Of a stretch of DNA of 64,000 bases, positions 10,356-25,213 are shown one piece after another. How positions within the stretch are numbered: the first letter of the stretch is position 1; every line of letters starts with the position of its first letter. The translations under genes and the position numbers were made by a program. The stretch covers positions 3,104,001-3,168,000 of the forward strand of contig OZ243913.1 of NCBI GenBank assembly GCA_965213705.1. The letters are read 5' to 3'. The notes under the pieces were generated by a model that saw only the letters and a list, made by a program, of their open reading frames with translations, was not told where the DNA came from and did no database searches. Origin of the DNA: Trueperaceae bacterium. GTDB taxonomy: Bacteria > Deinococcota > Deinococci > Deinococcales > Trueperaceae.

Positions 10356-11492
10356 GTGTCTATTAAAGCGACGTTGCGGCGGCTCACCGAGAGCCTTCAG
10401 GTTTGGTCGGATAAAGGTCTGAACGAAGCGCAGACCTCACAAGTCATCGTTCTCCCCGTTCTGCAGGCGCTCGGTTATGATATTTTCAACCCTTACGAGG
10501 TCGTGCCGCAAAGCGCCAACCAAATTTACCGTCCAGATTTCACAATCAACTTTGCTGACAAAATACGTTTTATTATCGAAGTTAAGACCCTAAACAAAGA
10601 TTTTACAGATAAGGACCAAACTCAATCGGTCAACTACGTCAACGCGCAGGGCAGACGGTGGGCGATTCTGACAAATGGCAAAGCGTGGCATTTTTTCGAT
10701 AACCAAATTCCCAAGCCTGCCTCCGAAAAGCTCGCAACCACCGTGGACATTCAAAAACCCGAAGCTGCAACCTACCTCACCAAGCTCCTTGCACGTTCCG
10801 TTTGGGAGCTGGAACGTGCAGATGAAACTGTTGCAACCAGGGTTGAAGAAGTTGCCGACGACATAAGAAAACGAACAAAGCTCAGCGAGATAGCTGCAAA
10901 GCTCGAGCGCGAACTAGCGGCAGGTTTCACCCGAGACGAAGCGGGACTCAAGAAAGCGATTCAACACACGCTCGAGCCTAACGAAAAAGAGTTGGCGCTC
11001 GAGTCTTTATCCGAGTTGAGTAGAAAGCTGCTCAATAAATCTGAGAACGCCTTTTTCCCCGACACCTCAGAGACAAAAGAATCAGCAGGTGTTGTTGAGG
11101 CGTTGAAGTCGGGCATCGCTTTGACGAAGCCGCTCAAGAAAAAAGGCACGCCTTTCAACATCAGAGTTTGGGTTGACGGTGACGAAGTTGATGTGTCTAG
11201 TTGGCGTGATGTAACTTGCGGTATTGCTGAAGCGCTTGTTTTCTTGGGTGAAGAAGCGGCCTTAAAATCTACAGAGTTGGTGAACAACCATATGGATGAA
11301 CGTACAAAAGAAAACAATAAAGGTGTTTATCCGTCGAGCGCGTATAGAAAACTTAGCGACGGTCGGTTTTTATTCCTTAACTACAGTGTTAAAAGTCTAA
11401 GGCAGAAAAGCAAAAAGATGCTAGAACTTGTCAATGCTCCAGCACAGGTACTACGAGTTGTTTACAAGAACGAAGAGTTTGACCTTCCATAA
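10356..11492 (+). CDS. HsdR N-terminal-like (PD-(D/E)xK) nuclease domain protein with putative C-terminal DNA-binding domain
   Basis: NEAQT..VLQALGYD, RPDF..IIEVK, Q..NY, WAILTNGKAW; visibly lower GC than flanking genes. Confidence 0.75.
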   Translation: MSIKATLRRLTESLQVWSDKGLNEAQTSQVIVLPVLQALGYDIFNPYEVVPQSANQIYRPDFTINFADKIRFIIEVKTLNKDFTDKDQTQSVNYVNAQGRRWAILTNGKAWHFFDNQIPKPASEKLATTVDIQKPEAATYLTKLLARSVWELERADETVATRVEEVADDIRKRTKLSEIAAKLERELAAGFTRDEAGLKKAIQHTLEPNEKELALESLSELSRKLLNKSENAFFPDTSETKESAGVVEALKSGIALTKPLKKKGTPFNIRVWVDGDEVDVSSWRDVTCGIAEALVFLGEEAALKSTELVNNHMDERTKENNKGVYPSSAYRKLSDGRFLFLNYSVKSLRQKSKKMLELVNAPAQVLRVVYKNEEFDLP

Positions 11493-11807
11493 CATTTAAG
11501 CGACCGAACATAGTGGGCTCGAGTCTACTCGAACCTCTCCGACAGCTAGGCCGAAGTAAGGTTAGGTCGAAGACCCCCAAGCGCGTTACCCTCAACTCAT
11601 GACCGACTCTCCCAAACCCTCCAGGGCTAGGTGTCCATCCGCGCTCGCCCCGTCAGCAGCCGTAGGACTTGTCTGCCGGAAAACTTGTCCAGGTTTGCCG
11701 TTCACCCGCACAGGATTCGGTATAGTGGTCAAGGACAAATTTCTCTGGACACGCGGGCGTTCCGACCCTTAAGCTCAGAGGTCGGCTTTGACCGGCGAGG
11801 AGGCTTT

Positions 11808-12239
11808 ATGAGAAAACCGGTACACGACCCCGAACGGGGTTTTGCGATGCGGATTGCGGGCGGTATCATTTTGGCCCTGAGCGGCTGGATGGTTTTAGCG
11901 TCGCTGGCACTGGAATACGGCAACACCGTGGCGGCGGTCAGCAACGGCGTGGTTGGCGCGCTGCTGGCGCTGCTGGCTCTCACTATCTTGCGCAACCCCT
12001 TTAGTTCGGCGCCGACATGCTACTTAACCGCTATCGGCGGGCTGTGGTTGTTCGCGGCGCCGTTTGCACTGGGTTTTGAGCGTTATACCTTGAGCATGGG
12101 CAACAACCTGTGGGTGGGCGTCATCATCACGGTGTTGTCCTTTTTTATCGTCGGCGAGGCGCTGCAGCTCGAGCAGTCCGTCAGCGTTCAACACAGCACG
12201 AGCGGCGAAGCCGCAACCCGAATGCAACCCAAGGACTAA
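11808..12239 (+). CDS. SPW-repeat-like membrane protein
   Basis: Four TM helices; GLWLFAAPFALGF..NNLWVG pattern; RBS GAGG. Confidence 0.65.
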   Translation: MRKPVHDPERGFAMRIAGGIILALSGWMVLASLALEYGNTVAAVSNGVVGALLALLALTILRNPFSSAPTCYLTAIGGLWLFAAPFALGFERYTLSMGNNLWVGVIITVLSFFIVGEALQLEQSVSVQHSTSGEAATRMQPKD

Positions 12240-12241
12240 GC

Positions 12242-12310
12242 AGTACCGAGTGAAAAGTACCGAGTTGAAAGTGATTCAACTCGGTACTTTTCACTCGGTC
12301 CTCGGTACTT
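12242..12310. repeat. AGTACCG-heptamer REP-like hairpin (25-bp perfect arms), probable bidirectional terminator
   Basis: ACCGAGTGAAAAGTACCGAGTTGAA (12245-12269) / TTCAACTCGGTACTTTTCACTCGGT (12275-12299) between convergent genes. Confidence 0.85.
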
Positions 12311-12312
12311 TC

Positions 12313-15039
<2,727 letters not shown>

Positions 15040-15126
15040 TGTGGTTTCCTCTCTTTGAAAACGAGGGTTGAAAGACGGTTTAGACTTATTCTAGCGGGTT
15101 TTGCAAAGCTCTAAGGTGCCCTGCCT

Positions 15127-15483
15127 CTAAAAGGCTAAAAACTCGAGCCGGTTTTCAAACGGGTCAGCCACGTAAAACCGCCGAACCTCCGGCAGCGCCG
15201 TGTCCCAGACGACTTCGACGCCGGCCTCGCTTAAGCGTTCAGCAAGAGCTTCGAGGCGTTCGACCCGAAAAGCCGGATGTGCTTTTTTCGCCGGAACGAA
15301 CGGCGTTTCGACGCCCAAGTGCAAGCCGAAACCCGTCCCCGAAAACCAGACACCACCGCGACTTTTGAGCGGTTCGGGCTTTTCGACTTCGGGCAGCTCG
15401 AGCAAATCACCGTAAAAGGCTCGAGCCGCCCCTTCCCCACCCGCGGGCAAGGCGAGCTGAACATGGTCGAGGGCTGAAATCAT
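15127..15483 (-). CDS. VOC/glyoxalase family protein
   Basis: LDHVQL..ARAFYG, HLG, KAHPAF, DPFENRLE. Confidence 0.9.
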   Translation of the reverse strand: MISALDHVQLALPAGGEGAARAFYGDLLELPEVEKPEPLKSRGGVWFSGTGFGLHLGVETPFVPAKKAHPAFRVERLEALAERLSEAGVEVVWDTALPEVRRFYVADPFENRLEFLAF

Positions 15484-15561
15484 CGAGTGCTGAGACCTGA
15501 ACTGAAAACGATTCTCTTCATCCCGACCTCCGAATTTTATTTTCCCGCTATGCTGGGTGAT

Positions 15562-16206
15562 ATGGAAGAGGTCAAATCACCCAGCTTGCAAATCGTCACT
15601 GATACGGCAGCCGCCGACCTGCTTATGAACCCGTACACATTGCGGCAGCTGGCACCATTTTTGGGGCGCGAGTGTACCGTCACGCAAGCCGCGCAGGAAA
15701 CGCGGGAGAAGGCGAACACGGTGCTCTCGAGGGTGCACCGTTTCACCACCCTCGGCCTGCTTGAAGTTGTACGTGAGGAGAAGCGCAAGGGCCGCGCCGT
15801 CAAAGTTTACCGTTCTACGGCCGACATCTTTTTCGTCCCCTTCGAAGCGACCACGGCCGAGACCCTGGAGGCGATGCTGCAAGAGCGCGACGCCTACTGG
15901 GAAACGCTGCTGCGCCGCAGCGTGGTGCGGGCTCGAGGCGAGGACGTGGGTACCTGGGGCACGCGCGTGTACCGCGATGGCGCGGGCCGCTTGCAAGTGC
16001 AAACGGCTGTCACGCCGACCCAAAACTACACCCTGCTCGACGCTGAGCGGCCCGCCGTGCTGAGCGCCTGGCGCGACAGCGTTTACCTGGACTTCGACGA
16101 CGCCAAGGCGCTGCAACGTGAAATGTTCGACCTGCTGAAACGCTATCACCAAAAGGCGGGCGCGCAGCGCTACATCGTGCGGCTCGGGATGGCCCCGCTC
16201 GAGTGA
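15562..16206 (+). CDS. Winged-HTH (ArsR-like) putative transcriptional regulator
   Basis: TVTQAAQE..NTVLSRVHRFTTLGLLEV..RKGRAVKVY; start uncertain (15550 or 15562). Confidence 0.7.
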   Translation: MEEVKSPSLQIVTDTAAADLLMNPYTLRQLAPFLGRECTVTQAAQETREKANTVLSRVHRFTTLGLLEVVREEKRKGRAVKVYRSTADIFFVPFEATTAETLEAMLQERDAYWETLLRRSVVRARGEDVGTWGTRVYRDGAGRLQVQTAVTPTQNYTLLDAERPAVLSAWRDSVYLDFDDAKALQREMFDLLKRYHQKAGAQRYIVRLGMAPLE

Positions 16207-16257
16207 AGTTTTCAGCAACCCCGCACCCGCGCGCGCCGAAGGGGCTACACTGGCGTT

Positions 16258-16632
16258 ATGAAGCCCAACGAAACGAAACGACGCCTGTTGGCCGCCGCCC
16301 TTGGCTTCACCCTTCTGGTCAGCGCCTGCGCGCCGCGCACCGCGTCCTCCAACCCGCCGAACACCCCAGCGAGCGCTTCTCTCGAGACGCCCCAGGCGAA
16401 AGCGACCGCCGAAACGGCCGAAATCGCCTATCACCGCATGGCGATAGGTCTCCTGCAAACCGGCGAGTACACGACCAACGCGCTTCTGGAATTGGCCCTG
16501 CCCACGGGCGTCAAGTGGACCCTAGAAGAGTTCAGCGGAGCGGACTACCGTTTGCGGTTCACGTCGGACGACGTGCCGGTTTACGTCTGGCTCGTCACGC
16601 CGCGGGGCGTACAAGTCACGACGCTCAATTGA
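16258..16632 (+). CDS. Hypothetical lipoprotein
   Basis: Signal peptide KRRLLAAALGFTLLVSAC with lipobox Cys. Confidence 0.65.
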   Translation: MKPNETKRRLLAAALGFTLLVSACAPRTASSNPPNTPASASLETPQAKATAETAEIAYHRMAIGLLQTGEYTTNALLELALPTGVKWTLEEFSGADYRLRFTSDDVPVYVWLVTPRGVQVTTLN

Positions 16633-16709
16633 CCTACTTTCGGCAGAGGCTGCACACGCGTTTGGGTTGCTAGGTTGAACCCGAAACATACGTTCAAAAA
16701 GGAGTGAGT

Positions 16710-19090
16710 ATGTCTAGAAAGGTTTTTTCCGTCTTGTCGCTGGCGCTCGGTTTTCTTGCACTCGGGTTGGCCGGGGCGCAACCGCTCGCGGAGTTCGCGC
16801 CGCAAGAAACCGTGCTGAGCTTGAGCTTCGGTTCTCAGGGCGGCGTGCTCGAGACCCTGGACGACGACTTGAGCGCGCTGGGGTGGAAGCAGGGCAAGGA
16901 AACGCTTCGCAAACTTCTCGAGGTCGGCGCGCGCTTGGGCGACGGGGGTTATGCCGACGGCGACTTTACCGACCTGCTCAACTTCTACGACACCATGATG
17001 GGCAGGACGGACGGCAACCTGTATACCGAGGAAGTGCTTGCAGCCTGCCCCGGCCTCCAAGACGTCGCCGACGCCTCGCCGGACTACCGGGGCAAAGGCT
17101 ACCGAACCGAGGGTCTGCTCACCCTCAGCCTCGACGGGTTCAGCCCGGTACCGGCGGGCACCGCGCTGCTCCGCGTCGACGACGCGCTCGCGCCGCTTTA
17201 TGAACAGTTGCAGGATGTGCTGCTCGAGTGTATTCGGGAGACGGACGAGGTCACGGAGTTGGAGCAGGACGGCGTCACGCTGTACGTCGTCGGCGACGCG
17301 GGCGACTTTCCGATCGTCGCGGGCAACGTGGGTACGCTCTACTTTTTAGGCAGCAACCCGGAAGTTGTCCGCGGCGTGGTGCGCAAAGTCCAGGGCGCTG
17401 CTGAGGGTTCAACGCGGGAAACGAGTTACGCCGACACGCCCTTTTACCAGCAAGTCAGCGCCAAACTCGGCGAGACTGTCAACGGCCTCGGCTTTGCCGT
17501 GAACTCGAGCGCGCTCGCCGGCACGTTGGAGGGCGCGGCGGGTCTTCTGGGCGACGACCCGGAAACGGACTACCTCGTTACTCGCGCCGGTACCCTGTTG
17601 CGCACGCTCGGTGGTATAGCCGGCAACTTGAGCTTAACCGACGAAGGCGTGCAACTCGAAAACGTGCTCGCCGTCAACCCCGAAGGCGGTGACGAGGCGC
17701 TGCTCGAGCTGCTGCTTTGCGACACTTGCACGGTGTCCGCGCCCTTTTTGGCGCCTCAGGGCAGCGTCGGCGTGGCGGCGCAGTACCTGCCCTGGCGCGA
17801 ACTGTTCGCCTACGCCCAGGACTGGCTGGACGGCTTAGCGGCGGTCACGGGCGAACCTCTCGACCTCAAACAGCTGGCGCAAGACACCCTCGGCATCGAC
17901 CTGGACACGGCCTTGTTGGACTGGCTCGGCTCCGAGGTGCAAACCTACACGCTGGACTCTTCTTTGACCGACCTGCGCACGCTTCTCTACGGGCAGGCCC
18001 AAGTGAGCGTCGTCCCGGTAAGTTCGCCCGCGGAAGCCAAAGCGGGGATAGAGAGTTTGGCCCGCACCTTCGGTCCCATCCTGAACGAGTTACTGACCGA
18101 AGCGGGCGGCATGGGCGACGTGGGCAGCGCCGAAGACCTTTTCGGCGCGACCAACTTGCTGGGTGAGACGGCAGTCACCACCTACACCTACAAAGACACC
18201 GAAATCACGCGGCTGCGCGCCGGCTACAACACCGACGTCGGTTACACCTTCGTTGGCAACTACCTCGTTTTGGGCAGTCGCGGGCGGTCGAAGGCGTCGT
18301 CGACGCTTTTGGGGGAGGACGTGCGTTCAGCTTCGGACCGGGTTACCGGGCGATGCGCGCCGAGCTGCCCGAGACGGTGAGCAGTTTCAGTTACGGCGAC
18401 ACCGCCGCGGGTCTGAACGGCCTGGCCGACCTGCTGGAGGTGTTCGTCCAGCCCGCCGCCTTCGCCACGGACTTTGGGCTCGAGGCCGCCGTCGCGACGG
18501 CGGACGACCCGAACTTTGACAGCCTCGGCTACGCCGACCTGTACGAGGTCACGCCCGTGCCTTTGAGCGCGCCGGGCAGCGTGGAGGGCATCTTGAGCGA
18601 GGACGACCTCGACTACTACGGCAGCTACTCGGTCTACTACGACCTGACCAACTTGGAACCCGGCGCGCAGGTCAGCGTGAGCTTGGGCAGCGACGCCGGC
18701 GACGTTTACCTGTCCCTCATCGACGCCGACGCCGAGGTTTACCTCGCCGACGGCGAGTACGGCGACGACTACATCACCTCCGAACTCACCTTTAGCGCCG
18801 AAGAGGGCCGCCGCTACTACCTGGAGGTGGTGAGTTACGACGTCACCGAGACGGGCGACTACACCCTCGAGGTAAGCGTTGAGCAAGGGACGCCCCAAGA
18901 GGCGACGCCCGAAGAAAGCCAACCGCTGAGCGAGTTGGACCTGCCGAGTTACGGCGAACTCCTCAGCCTGTTCGACTTGTTGCCGCGAAGCGTCCGCGTG
19001 CTGGCCGACCACACGAGTACCAGTGAAAGCTATAGCGAGACCGACGGCGACACCGTCTACACGCGCAGCCTGACCCGAGTGGTCTGGTAA
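16710..19090 (+). pseudogene. Secreted DUF3352-like protein with PPC-type domain, split by a frameshift near 18280
   Basis: Signal peptide; ORFs 16704-18380 and 18353-19090 join if one base is restored at AGT C(C)G CGG GCG GTC GAA; acidic beta domain DVYLSLID..ELTFSAEEGRRYYLEV..TGDYTLEV. Confidence 0.7.
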
Positions 19091-19101
19091 ACAACGACTT
19101 T

Positions 19102-19136
19102 GAGGGGCTCGAGGTCAAGCCTCGAGCCCCTCTTTC
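19102..19136 (+). terminator. Intrinsic terminator
   Basis: GAGGGGCTCGAGG-TCAAG-CCTCGAGCCCCTC followed by TTT. Confidence 0.75.
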
Positions 19137-19171
19137 GTCACGAACAAACGAAACAAGCGGCTTTTGACCTT

Positions 19172-19215
19172 GTCTCCCCTTTTAGGGGAGACGGCCCTGT
19201 AGGCCGGAGGGGTCT
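19172..19215. repeat. CCCCT-TTT-AGGGG palindromic element (copy 1)
   Basis: GTCTCCCCT-TTT-AGGGGAGAC then GGAGGGGT; similar element at 39676. Confidence 0.55.
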
Positions 19216-19297
19216 CACCCAGCGTAGGGCGCTTCACCGACGAAGCGCCGCGGGCGTGCTATAAAGGTAAGAGCAAGGCCCTACCAGGAGGGTGAAC

Positions 19298-19684
19298 ATG
19301 GACCAAGCACAAGAAACCATGACGGTCACCGAAGCCGCCGCCGCCAAGGCGGGCGAGCTGTTGGGCGCGAACAACAAACCCGACGGCGCGATTCGCGTGT
19401 TCGTCAAGTCGGGCGGCTGCAGCGGCTACAGCTACGGCATGGCGATCGACGAACGCACTTTGGAAGGCGACCGGATTATCGAGGACCGCGGCGTGCGAAT
19501 AGTCGTCGACCCAAAAAGCTGGCCGCTGCTGCGCGGCGCGCAAGTTGATTACGTCGAAAACATGATGGGCGGCGGCTTCAGCGTCAACAACCCCAACGCC
19601 ACGAGTTCTTGCGGCTGCGGCCACTCATTCCGCACCGACGGCCGGGCAGCGCCGGACGGCGAAGGCGCGGCGAGCTGTCACTGA
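19298..19684 (+). CDS. A-type Fe-S carrier protein (IscA/HesB family)
   Basis: [28 protein letters not shown]. Confidence 0.95.
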   Translation: MDQAQETMTVTEAAAAKAGELLGANNKPDGAIRVFVKSGGCSGYSYGMAIDERTLEGDRIIEDRGVRIVVDPKSWPLLRGAQVDYVENMMGGGFSVNNPNATSSCGCGHSFRTDGRAAPDGEGAASCH

Positions 19685-19731
19685 GCAGTACCGAGGACCG
19701 AGTAGAAAGTAGAAAGTGAAAACCAAAAGCC

Positions 19732-19756
19732 AAAACCCCGCCTCGGCGGGGTTTTT
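19732..19756. terminator. Bidirectional intrinsic terminator
   Basis: AAAACCCCGCC-TC-GGCGGGGTTTT between convergent genes. Confidence 0.8.
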
Positions 19757-20564
19757 AGTGGAGGTGCGCCTCGAGAAAACGCTTTATCTCTTTGAACGCT
19801 TGCGGCTGCGCGCGAGCGAACAGGGCGGCGTGGCCGCCCGCGACCTCGAGAAACGCCTTGTCGGCCATCGACAGCTCGAACAGTGTGCGGCCTTGAGACA
19901 GCGGAATCAGGCGGTCGTCCGTTGCGTGGATGAACAGGATGGGCGCAGTGACCGCAGCTATTTTCGCGTCGGACTCGAAGCGGTTGCGCAGCAGGCCGGA
20001 CGGGAGCACGCGGTAGAGCGACTTCGCCACGGCGTCCAGGGAAGTGTAAGCGGCCTCGAGCACGACGGCACCCACCTCGACCCGGCTCGCCAAGTCCACG
20101 GCGACGCCCGTCCCCAGGCTGTAGCCGTATAGGACGATGTTTGTGGGCTGCACGCCGCGCTCCAACAGATAAGCGTAAGCGGCTCGAGCGTCCGCATACA
20201 GTCCCGTCTCGCTCGGCACGCCGTCGCTGCGGCCGTAACCGCGGTAGTCCAGGGTCAGCACGTTGTAACCGAGCCTGACAAGTTGCGTCGTCACGCTCAA
20301 ATAGTGAGAGATGTCCTGGCCCTGGCCGTGGAAGTAGACGAGCCAGCGCTGTGAACCTGGGTAGGGCAAAACCCAGCCGAAGAGGTCGACGCCGTCGGCG
20401 GTCGTCACCGTGACCTCTTCGAAAGCGTGGCCGAAGTCGGCGGGCGTGGCGACGAAGTCGCGCCGCTCGAACGCACCCGTGTAAACGAGGCGCTGCTCGA
20501 GCCGACTCAGCAGCCCCGGAAAAGCGAACGTCACCAGAAAAACTCCGACACTCAGCAAGCGCAC
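19755..20564 (-). CDS. Alpha/beta hydrolase
   Basis: YFHG, DYRGYGRS, GYSLG nucleophile motif, HATDD, GGH. Confidence 0.9.
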   Translation of the reverse strand: MRLLSVGVFLVTFAFPGLLSRLEQRLVYTGAFERRDFVATPADFGHAFEEVTVTTADGVDLFGWVLPYPGSQRWLVYFHGQGQDISHYLSVTTQLVRLGYNVLTLDYRGYGRSDGVPSETGLYADARAAYAYLLERGVQPTNIVLYGYSLGTGVAVDLASRVEVGAVVLEAAYTSLDAVAKSLYRVLPSGLLRNRFESDAKIAAVTAPILFIHATDDRLIPLSQGRTLFELSMADKAFLEVAGGHAALFARAQPQAFKEIKRFLEAHLH

Positions 20565-20573
20565 CGCCGGACG

Positions 20574-23495
<2,922 letters not shown>

Positions 23496-23885
23496 TTACG
23501 CCTCGGCTTCGGCCGTTTGGTCGTAGGCGTCGGCGTCCAGCAAGTTCTCGAGGTCGCCCGCATCACTGAAGCGCACTTTCATAATCCAACCCGCCTCGAA
23601 CGGGGACTCGTTGATGGTCTCGGGGGCGTCTTCTAAGGCGCTGTTGACCTCTAAGACCTCGCCGCCGACCGGGCTGTACAAGTCCGAAGCCGCCTTGACC
23701 GACTCGACCACGCCGAACTCGTCGCCCGCGGCAAGTTCGCGGCCGACCTCGGGCAATTCGACAAAGACCACGTCGCCGAGCGCTTCTTGCGCGTGCGCGG
23801 TGATGCCGACGGTGGCGGTGCCGTCGCCGTTGTCCAGGACCCACTCGTGGGACTTGGCGTATTTAAGGTGTTTAGGACTCGTCAC
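23496..23885 (-). CDS. gcvH: Glycine cleavage system H protein
   Basis: [27 protein letters not shown] lipoyl-lysine motif. Confidence 0.97.
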   Translation of the reverse strand: MTSPKHLKYAKSHEWVLDNGDGTATVGITAHAQEALGDVVFVELPEVGRELAAGDEFGVVESVKAASDLYSPVGGEVLEVNSALEDAPETINESPFEAGWIMKVRFSDAGDLENLLDADAYDQTAEAEA

Positions 23886-23920
23886 GACTCACTCCTTGGT
23901 TTACCAGGATACGGCACGGG

Positions 23921-25000
23921 TCAGGTGTGAAAGGGAGGTTTCACGACAGTCGCCGTAACTTTTTGACCACGAATTTCGACCGCGATTTTTTGGCCCGGTT
24001 CGGCGTAAGCGGTGTTCAGCCAGCCCAGCGCGATGCCTTCACGGGTGAGTGGCGAAATGGTGCCGGAGGTGACCTCGCCGACCTGTTCTGCGTCGACGAA
24101 CAGCTTGTAGCCCTGCCGTGCCACGCCGCGTTCATTCAACCGCAAGCCGACCAGCCGTTTTGAGCAGTCCGCGTCCCACATGGCCGCACGGCCGTAAAAC
24201 TCTTTATCCTTGACGACCCAGGCGTAGTCCGAGCACAGGGGGTTGGTCGTCTCGGTAAACTCGTGGCCGTAAAGAGGAAAGCCCGCTTCCAAACGCAAGG
24301 TGTCTCGGGCGCCCAAACCGCAGGGTTGAGCGCCCGCCCCGACGAGCACCCCCCACACGGAAACGGCGTCGTCCGGCCGGCAAAAAATCTCGAAGCCGTC
24401 TTCGCCCGTGTACCCGGTCCTCGCCAGGTCGACGTTGGCTCCTTTTAGACGCGCCGCGACCTTCTGGTTTTTTTTCACGTGGGTCAGGTCCGTGTCGGTG
24501 AGGCGGGTCAAGAGCAGCGCCGACCCCGGACCTTGCAGGGCCAACAGCGCCCAACTGTCGCTCTCGTCACTGACCCGCACGTCGTAGTCCTGCGTTGAAG
24601 AGTCTCGCGCTGAAGAGTCTCGCGCCAACCGCTCGAGGTGACTCGTCACCGCTTTGCGATTGGCGGCGTTGCAAACGACGAGGTAGTCGTCGGCGTCTCG
24701 GTAGACGTACAGGTCGTCGATAAGCCCGCCCCGGTCGTTTTGAAGCATCGAATACTGTCCGCGACCGGGTTTGAGCTTGGCGGGGTCGTTCAGCGTCGCG
24801 TACCGTAAAAAATCCGTGGCGTCCGCTCCCGCGACGCGCAGCTCACCCATGTGGCTCACGTCGAACAGGCCCGTCTCGGAGCGCACGGCCATGTGCTCTC
24901 GCTGAATGCCGCCCCCATAGTTGAGCGGCATGTCCCAACCGGCGAAGTCCACCATTCGCGCGCCCTGCGCCACGTGAGCGTCATAGAGAGGCGTTTTCAC
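23921..25000 (-). CDS. gcvT: Glycine cleavage system T protein (aminomethyltransferase)
   Basis: KTPLY, DFAGWDMP, FDVSHMG, RTGYTGEDGFE, GLGARDTLRLEAG. Confidence 0.97.
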   Translation of the reverse strand: MKTPLYDAHVAQGARMVDFAGWDMPLNYGGGIQREHMAVRSETGLFDVSHMGELRVAGADATDFLRYATLNDPAKLKPGRGQYSMLQNDRGGLIDDLYVYRDADDYLVVCNAANRKAVTSHLERLARDSSARDSSTQDYDVRVSDESDSWALLALQGPGSALLLTRLTDTDLTHVKKNQKVAARLKGANVDLARTGYTGEDGFEIFCRPDDAVSVWGVLVGAGAQPCGLGARDTLRLEAGFPLYGHEFTETTNPLCSDYAWVVKDKEFYGRAAMWDADCSKRLVGLRLNERGVARQGYKLFVDAEQVGEVTSGTISPLTREGIALGWLNTAYAEPGQKIAVEIRGQKVTATVVKPPFHT

Positions 25001-25213
25001 CCGGAAAGAGTACCACACTGTGCGGCTTGCTCAGAACGGGGCGGCGCACCCTGAACACGGTGAACTGTGGCGCGGCCGGGTGACGCAACTTCGGCAGGGG
25101 TGTTAGACTCGCGCCTGTTGACCCGCTCGAGCGACGACCTCGGACGGCGTGGACGAAAAGTTTTGGGGGCGGGAACATCATCCGCTGCAGGTTCGCAGCC
25201 GTGGGAGAAACGC

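Noticed and set aside
25001..25213. Glycine riboswitch upstream of gcvT
   Set aside because: A GCCGAAG is present on the minus strand, but the GGAGA and CTCTCAGG elements and tandem aptamer layout are not.
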